From assembly GCF_009914755.1 (NCBI RefSeq), contig NC_060926.1: a stretch of DNA of 64,000 nucleotides. One strand, written 5' to 3'. The position numbers were made by a program, and so were the translations under genes. Within the stretch, counting starts at the first letter, position 1, and each line of letters starts with the position of its first letter. A model generated the notes under the pieces. That model saw only the letters and a list, made by a program, of their open reading frames with translations, was not told the DNA's origin and did not search any database. Below, one piece after another: positions 13,330-25,081 of the stretch. This DNA comes from the human T2T-CHM13v2.0 reference genome, Homo sapiens.

Positions 13330-16300
13330 TTTTTTTTTTTTTTTTTTTTTTAAATTGATCATTCTTGGGTGTTTCTCGCAGAGGGGGATTTGGCAGGGTC
13401 ACAGGACAATAGTGGAGGGAAGGTCAGCAGATAAACAAGTGAACAAAGGTCTCTGGTTTTCCTAGGCAGAGTGTTTGTGTCCCTGGGTACTTGAGATTAG
13501 GGAGTGGTGATGACTCTTAACGAGCATGCTGCCTTCAAGCATCTGTTTAACAAAGGACATCTTGCACCACCCTTAATCCATTCAACCCTGAGTGGACACA
13601 GCACATGTTTCAGAGAGCACAGGGTTGGGGGTAAGGTCACAGATCAACAGGATCCCAAGGCAGAAGAATTTTTCTTAGTACAGAACAAAATGAAAAGTCT
13701 CCCATGTCTACCTCTTTCTACACAGACACGGCAACCATCCGATTTCTCAATCTTTTCCCCACCTTTCCCCCCTTTCTATTCCACAAAACCGCCATTGTCA
13801 TCATGGCCCGTTCTCAATGAGCTGTTGAGTACACCTCCCAGACGGGGCGGCTGGCCGGGCAGAGGGGCTCCTCACTTCCCAGTAGGGGCGGCCGGGCAGA
13901 GGCACCCCTCACCTCCCGGATGGGGTGGCTGGCCGGGCGGGGGGCTGACCCCCCACCTCCCTCCCGGACGGGGCGGCTGGCCGGGCGGGGCGCTGACCCC
14001 CCCACCTCCCTCCCGGACGGGGCGGCTGGCCAGGTGGGGGGCTGACCCCCCCCACCTCCCTCCCGGACGGGGCGGCTGGCCGGGCGGGGGGCTGACCCCC
14101 CCACCTCCCTCCCGGACGGGGCGGCTGGCCGGGTGGGGGGCTGACCCCCCCACCTCCCTCCCGGACGGGGCGGCTGTCCGGGCGGGGGGCTGACCCCCCA
14201 CCTCCCTCCCGGACGGGGCGGCTGGCCAGGCGGGGGGCTGACCCCCCCACCTTCCTCCCGGACGGGCGGCTGGCCGGGTGGGGGGCTGACCCCCCACCTC
14301 CCTCCCGGACGGGGCGGCTGGCCGGGTGGAGGGCTGACCCCCCCACCTCCCTCCCGGACGGGGCGGCTGGCCGGGCGGGGGGCTGACCCCCCCACCTCCT
14401 TCCCGGACGGGGCGGCTGGCCAGGCGGGGGGCTGACCCCCCACCTCCCTCCCGGACGGGGCGGCTGGCCAGGCGGGGGGCTGACCCCCCACCTCCCTCCC
14501 GGACGGGGCGGCTGGCCGGGTGGGGGGCTGACCCCCCACCTCCCTCCCGGACGGGGCGGCTGGCCGGGTGGAGGGCTGACCCCCCCACCTCCCTTCCGGA
14601 CGGGGCGGCTGGCCGGGCGGGGGGCTGACCCCCCCACCTCCTTCCCGGACGGGGCGGCTGGCCGGGCAGAGGGGCTCCTCACTTCCCAGTAGGGGCGGCC
14701 GGGCAGAGGCACCCCTCACCTCCCGGATGGGGTGGCTGGCCGGGCGGGGGGCTGACCCCCCACCTCCCTCCCGGACGGGGCGGCTGGCCGGGCGGGGCGC
14801 TGACCCCCCCACCTCCCTCCCGGACGGGGCGGCTGGCCAGGTGGGGGGCTGACCCCCCCCACCTCCCTCCCGGACGGGGCGGCTGGCCGGACGGGGGGCT
14901 GACCCCCCCACCTCCCTCCCGGACGGGGCGGCTGGCCAGGTGGGGGGCTGACCCCCCCACCTCCCTCCCGGACGGGGCGGCTGTCCGGGCGGGGGGCTGA
15001 CCCCCCACCTCCCTCCCGGACGGGGCGGCTGGCCAGGCGGGGGGCTGACCCCCCCACCTTCCTCCCGGACGGGCGGCTGGCCGGGTGGGGGGCTGACCCC
15101 CCACCTCCCTCCCGGACGGGGCGGCTGGCCGGGTGGAGGGCTGACCCCCCCACCTCCCTCCCGGACGGGGCGGCTGGCCGGGCGGGGGGCTGACCCCCCC
15201 ACCTCCTTCCCGGACGGGGCGGCTGGCCAGGCGGGGGGATGACCCCCCACCTCCCTCCCGGACGGGGCGGCTGGCCAGGCGGGGGGCTGACCCCCCACCT
15301 CCCTCCTGGACGGGGCGGCTGGCCGGGTGGGGGGCTGACCCCCCACCTCCCTCCCGGACGGGGCGGCTGGCCGGGTGGAGGGCTGACCCCCCCACCTCCC
15401 TCCCGGACCGGGCGGCTGGCCGGGCGGGGGGCTGACCCCCCCACCTCCTTCCCGGACGGGGCGGCTGGCCGGGCAGAGGGGCTCCTCACTTCCCAGTAGG
15501 GGCGGCCGGGCAGAGGCACCCCTCACCTCCCGGATGGGGTGGCTGGCCGGGCGGGGGGCTGACCCCCCACCTCCCTCCCGGACGGGGCGGCTGGCCGGGC
15601 GGGGGGCTGACCCCCCCACCTCCCTCCCGGACGGGGCGGCTGGCCAGGTGGGGGGCTGACCCCCCCACCTCCCTCCCGGACGGGGCGGCTGGCCGGGCGG
15701 GGGGCTGACCCCCCCACCTCCCTCCCGGACGGGGCGGCTGGCCAGGTGGGGGGCTGACCCCCCCACCTCCCTCCCGGACGGGGCGGCTGTCCGGGCGGGG
15801 GGCTGACCCCCCACCTCCCTCCCGGACGGGGCGGCTGGCCAGGCGGGGGGCTGACCCCCCCACCTTCCTCCCGGACGGGCGGCTGGCCGGGCGGGGGGCT
15901 GACCCCCCCACCTCCCTCCCGGACAGGGTGGCTGCTGGGCGGAGACGCTCCTCACTTCTCAGACGGGGCGGTTGCCAGGCAGAGGGTCTCCTCACTTCTC
16001 AGACGGGTCAGCCGGGCAGAGACGCTCCTCACATCCCAGACGGGGCGGCAGGGCAGAGGCGCTCCCCACATCTCAGACGATGGGCGGCCTGGCAGAGACG
16101 CTCCTCACTTCCTAGATGGGATGGCGGCCGGGCAGAGACGCTCCTCACTTTCCAGACTGGGCAGCCAGTCAGAGAGGCTCCTCACATCCCAGACGATGGG
16201 CGGCCAGGCAGAGACGCTCCTCACTTCCCAGACGGGGTGGTGGCCAGGCAGAGGCTGCAATCTCGGCACTTTGGGGGGCCAAGGCAGGCAGCTGGGAGGT

Positions 16301-16660
16301 GGAGGTTGTAGCGAGCCGAGATCATGCCACTGCACTCCAGCCTGGGCACCATTGAGCACTGAGTGAACGCGACTCCGTCTGCCATCCTGGCACCTCGGGA
16401 GGCCAAGGCTGGCGGATCACTCGCGGTTAGGAGCTGGAGACCAGCCTGGCCAACACAGCGAAACCCCGTCTCCACCAAAAAAATACGAAAACCAGTCAGG
16501 CGTGGCGGCGCGCACCTGCAATCGCAGGCACTGGGCAGGCTGAGGCAGGAGAATCAGGCAGGGAGGCTGCAGTGAGCCGAGATGGCAGCAGTACAGTCCA
16601 GCTTCGGCTCGGCATCAGAGGGAGACCGTGGGGAGAGGGAGAGGGAGAGGGAGAGGGAGA
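13330..16660 (-). mobile_element. Full-length SVA retrotransposon (SVA_D lineage)
   Basis: The minus strand shows (CCCTCT)n at about 16632-16660, an Alu-like domain at about 16250-16630, a GC-rich VNTR at about 13835-16250, SINE-R at about 13352-13835 and poly(A) at 13330-13351. TSD cctaaatatacttcttt at 13313-13329 and 16662-16678. Confidence 0.98.
13861..15925. repeat. SVA VNTR with 807-bp higher-order repeat (about 2.5 copies)
   Basis: The landmark agaggggctcctcacttcccagtagg starts at 13861, 14668 and 15475. The near-identical ORFs in the track are also offset by 807. Confidence 0.93.
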
Positions 16661-16907
16661 ACCTAAATATACTTCTTTGTAGAGAGGATCGTGAACTGCT
16701 TTAAGTCTGGTGGCATCAGAGGAAAAATTAGACATCTTCAGGTTGATTCCACAGAGCAGTTGTTTCCTTTTTCACTTGACTTACATAGAATTAAGTCAGG
16801 TTATATAAATAAATGTAAAATCAAGTTGGTTTTTCCATTGTAAGGAGAAAAATGCTTTCATATTACTTAAAATGCATTTCAATAAATATAGAAAATTACA
16901 TACAAAT

Positions 16908-17216
<309 letters not shown>

Positions 17217-18462
17217 TTATATACCCCACATGAGAGTTTCTTGTGAGGAATTATAGTCCCCTACAACTACCAAGTCCCCTACAAAAAACAATTTACCTTA
17301 CCCCCGCTTTTTTTTAGTAGAAATTGACACTGGGTTGAGGGTGTCCTATGGAATGAATGAGTAAAACTGAAACATTCGACTTGTTAGAAGGAAACATGAC
17401 CATGATTTCAAGGATGATCCAATGTAGCTTGGCGGCAGCCCCTGATAGCTCTCCTGCTATGTGTTTTTTTTTTGGTAGCAGTGATGGAGAAAACAATGAA
17501 GATGAAATTTCCAGGAAATAACCCAATCAGGTGTTGCTTAATGGAGTCTACTGTCATTAAAATCCAATTTGATTCATTTGGAGAGTGAAATATCACAATT
17601 GCAACTGCACCATAATGGCTTTTTGGAAGATGGAATTTGTATAAACTGGGTTAATCCCTTGATCACCAATTCAAATAAAAATAGATAAAACATGAGGAGG
17701 TTGGCAGGGGTGAAGGACTGGGAATAGCAACGGTGTTGCCAGAAGGTGTCTTTCCTGCCAAGGGGAATTGGCATAGGGAACCGTCTCTGAGCCCAAGTTC
17801 TGGAAGCCACAACCTGATGGAGACAGAAGACAGATTGCCTAGGTCCAGCTGGGGAGTGGAGCCCTGCTGGCCCAGCCAGATCACAAGTGAATTGCCCCTC
17901 TGACCTACACATGTGCTCTGTGTGTCGAAATTTGCATTTCTTTCCATTTAGAATTTTGCTTTCTATTAGCCCACAAGAAGTTTAATGGCTGTCATGAACA
18001 AGTTTTGTTGTGTTTTCCTTTGGAAATGTAGCTGTTAGGAAATCATTCAATGAGTTCTGGGTTTATACCTAGAAATGGTCCCCTGGAAGTCTGGAAGAGT
18101 TAGATGCTACCACAAGGTTCTACCAGACGTGCAGGGCATAACTTGTACACGCAGGCTGGGTCAGCCGTATTGAGTGGATTGCAGGAGGAAACCTTAACTA
18201 TGAGGCTGCTACCTTGGACTTGAAATACTTTGACAATCAACAATTAGTGAGAATTGGGATAAGATTTGTTTCTCCTTGGCAAATTCTTCTAACATTCTAC
18301 AAGCAAAATGGGATTTCAAAGGCAAGAATTGCTCAGTGATGACAAACTTTTAATTACCTCACATACAAAAGATTGGCATGGTATTTATGATTTTTAATAT
18401 AGTCATTAAAAAAGACTCCACAAGAATCTCTACTAAGCTGTGCTTGATTTGCCTGTACATTG

Positions 18463-18925
18463 GGTAGGATGCCTTTGAATGCAAGTTACAGAAAGCACAG
18501 GTCAGAATGGTTTAGGCCATTCTGGATAATTTGTTATCTTGCATAGGGTAAGTTGCAGGTTGGTTCCAAAATCAACATCCCAAGATATACAAGTGTCTCC
18601 CATTCTTTCCATTTTGCCCTTCTCAATGAGCTTTGTGCTTTCTCCTTGTGCCAAGATAGCAGCCAGATTTCTGACATCAAAATAGATATGACCTTGTCCA
18701 GCAGAAGAAAATTCTCCCTGTGTGTTGCTTTTTATTATTATGGAAAGATTTCTCAGAAACCCCTTCATTGACCTTCTGTCACATCTCATTGGCCAGCACT
18801 GGATCACAATCGCTTCCTAAATCAGTCAGTAGGGAGGTGAATGGGCTCACACTGACTACTTAGAGCTATAGATGAATCAACTCCTGGGTCAAGTGGGCAA
18901 GAGGTGGATCCCTGACCAAAATCTC
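18463..18925 (-). mobile_element. Old MLT1 (J/K/L-like) LTR
   Basis: gaatgcaagttacagaaa and acatctcattggccagcactggatcac are typical of old MLT1. Confidence 0.55.
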
Positions 18926-18974
18926 ACACACATGTACATACGTGCATGCCTATCCAATAATAGCCAACTGCTGA

Positions 18975-19370
18975 AGTGTGTGTACTCCACAGGCAGATGC
19001 TGATGCCAAGTTTGGGGTGCAAAATGTTATTAGGGTTCAATTCCTTTGAAGGGAAGGGAGAGAAAGCGGGGTTGGGTAGTGGAAGGAGTTGAACTGCAAG
19101 GTAGGCCTGAAAAAGTCTGGGCCATTTCTTGGCTTTGGAGGGTTCCGGGGCAAGTATTGCCTGCTTGTATCCTGCATTGGGTCGAAATGACCAGGACTTT
19201 ATACCTAGGAGATGACTCATCAGATGTGGGCTGCTGGGAGAGGCAGCTCTCTGCAGCTGAGGCAGATTTGGAAGGCTACATTCCCCATAGCTGGGCAGAA
19301 GGTCCTGCCCTGCTGGGGGATCAGGGTGGTATACCCCCATGTATGTCATGCCAACCGTGTCTGTCACAGC
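18975..19370. mobile_element. ERVL-class LTR fragment (LTR41/LTR33-like)
   Basis: ggcagatgctgatgccaagtttggggtgcaaaatgttattaggg..gaaggagttgaactgcaag. A related fragment lies at about 2880-3040. Confidence 0.45.
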
Positions 19371-19754
19371 CCAGTGTGCATAACTACATGAGTGTGAAAA
19401 ATATATAACTGCATTTATTTAAAAGGATTTTATAGTCTCTTCTGGCCACTAGTCCAAACTCTCTCTTTCTCTATTCCCAGCCTCAATTTTTCCAGAGCAG
19501 CAGGGTTTTACTATATTATGTTTATGTATGGATTGTAGGTGGTTAGAGCTCAATCAGCTCTTGAAACTCACCTGTTCAATACGAGCATTAGTTAAGGAAG
19601 CCAGGGTCCATATGAGTTCTGGACCTCAACTTGAAATCTTTCATGTAGTAGGCATTCAATGAATACTTGTTAAATTGAATTAATCAAGGACACAGACTCA
19701 GGATTAGAACCTTGCTCTCCCAGCTTCTAGTCCAGTGTTCTGTGAACCTTGCTG

Positions 19755-19838
<84 letters not shown>
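19755..19838. repeat. Compound microsatellite (TC)n(TG)n(GA)n
   Basis: Read directly. Confidence 0.95.
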
Positions 19839-19841
<3 letters not shown>

Positions 19842-20252
19842 CAGACAGACAAAGACAGAGAGTAAACTTTGGAATATCAAATAATTCTAGTAGTTTTGGT
19901 CCAGTGGTCTGGGATTTTACATTATCATGCATACTAGTAGGAAAACTCAGACAAATCAGAATTATTTCACTGGATAAACTAGAGGCAGATGTATCTGGCA
20001 TTCACAATGGTTTTATTTTATGGGCTACATTGAGGGAACCAACTCAAACTTGGGTGGGGCAGTAGCTACTCAGCCCAGCCAAATATTGCCATGGGGCAAT
20101 GCAGGCCCAAGATAGCCTGTATCCTCTGCTTCCTCAAGAGAAGCTGGAAATCTGAATTTTTAGGTGATATCTACAAAATTTTTAATGTTGTCTCAAAAAT
20201 TTAAAATTGTCACGTTGGCCAACTCAAACATGCTAGTTTGAAAACTCTAATC

Positions 20253-20442
20253 CAGTGGCTCTCAACCAGGGGCAGTTTTGTTCCCCCGGAGACATTTGGT
20301 AATGTCTGGAGATATTTTTGGCTGTCACCAGGGGAGCCGGAATGCTACTGGCATCTAGAGGCCAGGGATGCTGGTAAACTCCCTACAATGCACGGGGCAT
20401 TCCTCAACCAAAATGTCAATTGTGATGAGGCTGAGAAACCTT
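20253..20442. mobile_element. MER20 DNA transposon fossil
   Basis: cagtggctctcaaccaggggcagtttt..gacatttggtaatgtctggagatattttt..tgctactggcatctagaggccagggatgctg..gaggctgagaaacc. Confidence 0.88.
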
Positions 20443-20594
20443 ACTTTAGTCATATGTTAAAGTCAAAAACAGAAACTGCCTCTTTTTCACTGGGACCTCC
20501 TCTGTGAAAAGTGGCAGTTGGGGCCTGCCCCAAAACAGGAAAACTCAATTTCAGAGCTTCAAAAATCAACACTTTTAAAAATGGTTGCTGAGTT

Positions 20595-21402
20595 ACAAAT
20601 GGCCAAAAAGCATATGAAAAGATGCTCAACATCACTAACTACCAGAGAAATGCAAATCAAGACCACAACTGAGGCATTACCCAACCATTACAGTGGCTAC
20701 TATAAACAACAACAATAACAGACAGTAAGTGTTGAAAGGGATGTGGAGAAGTTGGAACCCTGGGAATTGTTGGAGGATGTAGAATGGTGCCACTGCTATG
20801 GGAAACAGTATCATTGTTCCTCAAAAAAATTGAAACTAGGACTACCTTATGATCCAGAATCTCACTTCTGGGCCTATATCCAAAAGAATTAAAAGCAGGG
20901 TCTTGAAAAGGTATTTGCACACTCATGTTCATAGCAGGGTTATTTGCAAGAGCCAAGAGGTAGAAGCAACCTACATATTCATCAGTGGATGAATGGATAA
21001 ACAAAATGTGGCATTTACATACAATGGAATATTATTCAGCCTTAAAAGGGAGAGGAATTCTGACACTTGGTGCAGCGTGGATGAACCTTGAAGACATTAT
21101 GCTCTGTGAAACAAGCCAGACACAAAAGGAAAAACATTGTATAATTCTACTCACATGAGATATCTAAATTAGTCAAATCGTAGATAATAGGAAGTAGAAG
21201 GGTGGTTGCCAAGAGCTGGGGGAAGGGGCAAAAGAGAGTTATTTATAGTTATAGAGTTTCAGTTCTGCAAGATGAGAAAGTTCTGGAGATGTATCTCACA
21301 GCAATGTGAATATATTTAGTACTACTGAACTGTACACTTAAAAATGGTTAAGATGGTACACTTTATGTTATGTGGTTTTATTTTTACCACAATTAAAAAA
21401 AT
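20595..21402 (+). mobile_element. L1MB-like 3' fragment (ORF2 end and 3'UTR)
   Basis: Translates KKHMKRCSTSLTTREMQIKTT (L1 ORF2 C-terminus) and ends ttttaccacaattaaaaaa. Degenerate TSD aaaaat(a)ggtt(g/a)ctgag. Confidence 0.9.
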
Positions 21403-21716
21403 AGGTTACTGAGCTGAAAAATAGTTCACCAACAAATTCTAATCTCATTGTATGAGTTATGCCAAGGTATTTTGAAAAACAAACACAAAAACAGAAAGTG
21501 TCATTTGTAGAGAACCAAATCACAGTTTTCCGTGCATTTGAGGAGAGAAATAGCTAAACCACCAGAACTGTGACTGAGTGATAGGTGACTAAAATGATAA
21601 GCATTGCATCAGGGCTTCAATCCTCCTACACCCCTAGGGCTCAGTGTCCTTATGTGATCAGATCACTAAGGACTCACCAAGGTTCACAGCTGGTGGGATA
21701 AGAGCTGGTGAGGTGG

Positions 21717-22084
<368 letters not shown>

Positions 22085-23094
22085 CTACCAATTATGACAC
22101 TATGCTCTGAGGCTTCCAGAAGTTGCCTTTTGATATAAAAACTGAGATTTTAGAATTCCAAAATTTATCTCTCAAAAAAGTCTCTGCTATGTGTCTACAG
22201 TACACATTCTGAAATCAATTGCATTTTTCATCCTGGACTATGTAGGCAGGCCTGCTTAGAAGGCAATGGTCTGTTGCCCAAAGTGAGGGGAGAGGGAAGG
22301 GGATGAGGAGGGTGGAGGGGAGAGGAGGATCTGATGCCATCCTGATGCTCACACTGCTTCTTGCACTCCATTGCAGGCTTCTCGCAGGCAGGCTCTATGT
22401 CTTCATCTTACACACCAGGGCTAGGCTGGCACAATAGCAGCTACTAAAAAAGTGTTTGAATCAAGGAATGAGTAAACACGGGGGTGACTTGACCTCTTTG
22501 TGTCTTCCTACCTTTAAAATAGGGTTAGCAATTCCTGGGGGTGACCTCAGGCAACTCTGCGAGCCAAGCCAGGTTTCCTCCATTCCCCGTGTCTTCCCTG
22601 GTGGTGGACCATTTCCCTTCCCTACTAAACACTGCCGTCTGAAAAGCCTTCCTGCCGGCTTTGCCCCACATTACACACTGGTTGATGGGTTCTCTTTCCA
22701 GAGGGTATTTGTTTCTTGAGCCTCATCTGTCGTGTGAAGTGGAAGGGTAGTTTTTTGTTAAGAGGATTTTCAGGTGCAGTTTGTTGGGAGAGGTTCTCTG
22801 GGGCAGTCGGTCCCTTCCTGGGCCCCTGGGTCTGCTGGGTACATAATCTGCTCTGCTTACATTGAAGGCTGGCCCTGGAATCCCTGCCCCACCTGCATCA
22901 CCAGGCTGTCACGGGGATAAAGCGGGATGATGGATGGAGGAGGACTTTGAAAAGTTAAAAGCTCCTCGCAAGCGCGAGTTGTTATTGTTGTTAATCCACA
23001 GCCGTCGGGGAGGTGCCCCTCTTGAAAAGAGTCCCATCTCTAAGGAGACTGAGGGCAATTTGGAAAGAGGTGGCATTTATGGGTTTCTTGCTTT

Positions 23095-23148
23095 AAAACA
23101 AAACAAAACAAAACAAAACAAAACAAAACAAAACAAACAAAACAAAAC
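23095..23148. repeat. (AAAAC)n microsatellite
   Basis: Read directly. Confidence 0.95.
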
Positions 23149-23899
23149 ACATCCCCCTCCAGGGTATACCGTGAGTGAACAGGATGAAGAGTTATTCTTA
23201 AAATCAGAATGGATAAAGGTTCCCTCTGACCCCCCACCTCCCATCCTACTGTAAAGCCTCTAAAAGCTGCAAACTTTGTTTTGGCAGGTTCACTGCCAAA
23301 TGACAGAAAGCCAATAGCCTTAATTTTTCTCTCTGTTCCCACATCTCCTCTCTACCCTCCCATCCCCCTTCCATTATTTTAGAACAAGTCTCGGCTTGGA
23401 GCTGATCTTTAACTTCTGGAAACTGAATTGGTTCTGTGCGTATTTGGCTTGGCTGAGTGAGGGGAGAAGGGCTTGCTTTTGCAGGAAGAGGAGAGGGGTG
23501 CACGCTGGGGGAAGTCTGGGAGCTGGGAGGAGATGGGAGGCTGAAATCCAAGTTTGCACCCTCTCTTCCTAGGCCTGCTTCCGCGTGGGGCTCACAGCAT
23601 TGTCAGCCAGTCCTGGGGGTGGTGAGAGTGGGTAGGAAGGCAGGAGGGAGAGTTTGAGGTGGTCAGGTCCTGGGTCTGATTATTATTCTCACTGCCGTTC
23701 AAATTTTGCTAAATGCGGGCCAATTGCTGGAAAATAAATCACGAAGGGGCGAGAGGTGGCTGGTGGGTGTTTATGGGGGTGATTTGTTGTCCTATAGGGA
23801 GGTGACGGTTTCTACTGCTCTTCTGAAGTGGAAGGGGGACGTCCCTGGCTGCCTTTCCCTCCTTGCTGGCTATTTTCATTTTTTTCTTGGGGGAGGCTT

Positions 23900-24000
23900 G
23901 AATGCGCTCAAGTATTAACTAGAGGCCACGGATTGGCCCGGGTTCCCGCGACTGGATTGGGCGGCACAGGAAGACCCGTGAGCTGGGGAGTTGAAATTCC
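23900..24000. promoter_or_regulatory. Candidate promoter/enhancer core (two CCAAT boxes, GC box, ETS core)
   Basis: ATTGG at 23932 and 23956, GGGCGG at 23959 and CAGGAAG at 23967, with locally retained CpGs in non-repeat DNA. Confidence 0.4.
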
Positions 24001-24551
24001 ATCCTCTGCCCTCACCAACGGCTGGCAAATCGAGCCCTTCTGTTCCCTGAGAGCAGCCCTGAGTGTGAAGGGCCTCTCTGAAAGCAGCCCACGGGATGTG
24101 GCCAGGAAACAGGGCTTTGTTTCTGTGTGGGGTATAGGAGAAACGATTTTCTGTACTCTGGAATCTTCAAGAGCTTCACCAAACATTCCCAGAATATGGC
24201 TTCTCTCCTGTTGTTCCTTCCTCTCTCGCTCTCCTGTCTAAATCCAACTCAAACTCCAGGGACTGTTCAAATCCCACCTCCTTCTTTGTTTCTAGAACAG
24301 TCATCTCTTCACTGCATGAGCGCCCAGAACCCCGTTTATGCTCATCACAGGAGCAGGCACCTGATTACCTGAAATTACATATATGTTGGCACTTGGGAAT
24401 TTATTTATCTTGCCAGTTTATGATGTATGTCTTAAGACTTGCTCTCTGTCTGTATGTCTTATGTTCTTCTTGAGGTTATTAACTTCTTTACGACAAACAG
24501 TACAGCCTAGTCCTTTGATATACTTTTAAATTCTAAACTTTGTAAACATTT

Positions 24552-24728
24552 TCTTTCTTTCTTTTTCTCTTTTTTTCTAGACAGAGTCTGGCTCTGTTGC
24601 CCAGGCTGAAGTGCAATGGTGCAATCAGAATTTACTGCAACCTCGACCTCCTGGGCTCAAGTGATCCTCCTGACTCACTCAGCTTCCTAAGTAGCTGGGA
24701 CTACTGGTGCGTACCACCATGCCCGGCC
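24552..24728 (-). mobile_element. Alu right-arm monomer (FRAM-like or 5'-truncated AluJ)
   Basis: Single Alu arm with TSD ctttgtaa(a/g)catttt. Confidence 0.85.
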
Positions 24729-24756
24729 CTTTGTAAGCATTTTAAAACCCATTACT

Positions 24757-25081
<325 letters not shown>

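Noticed and set aside
13504-16735. Long Pro/Gly/Arg-rich ORFs, including 713 aa at 13814..15955
   Set aside because: These are stop-poor translations of the GC-rich SVA VNTR, open in several frames on both strands, so they are not a gene.
23926-23936. ER-stress element (CCACG next to ATTGG)
   Set aside because: The order and spacing fit neither ERSE (CCAAT-N9-CCACG) nor ERSE-II (ATTGG-N-CCACG).
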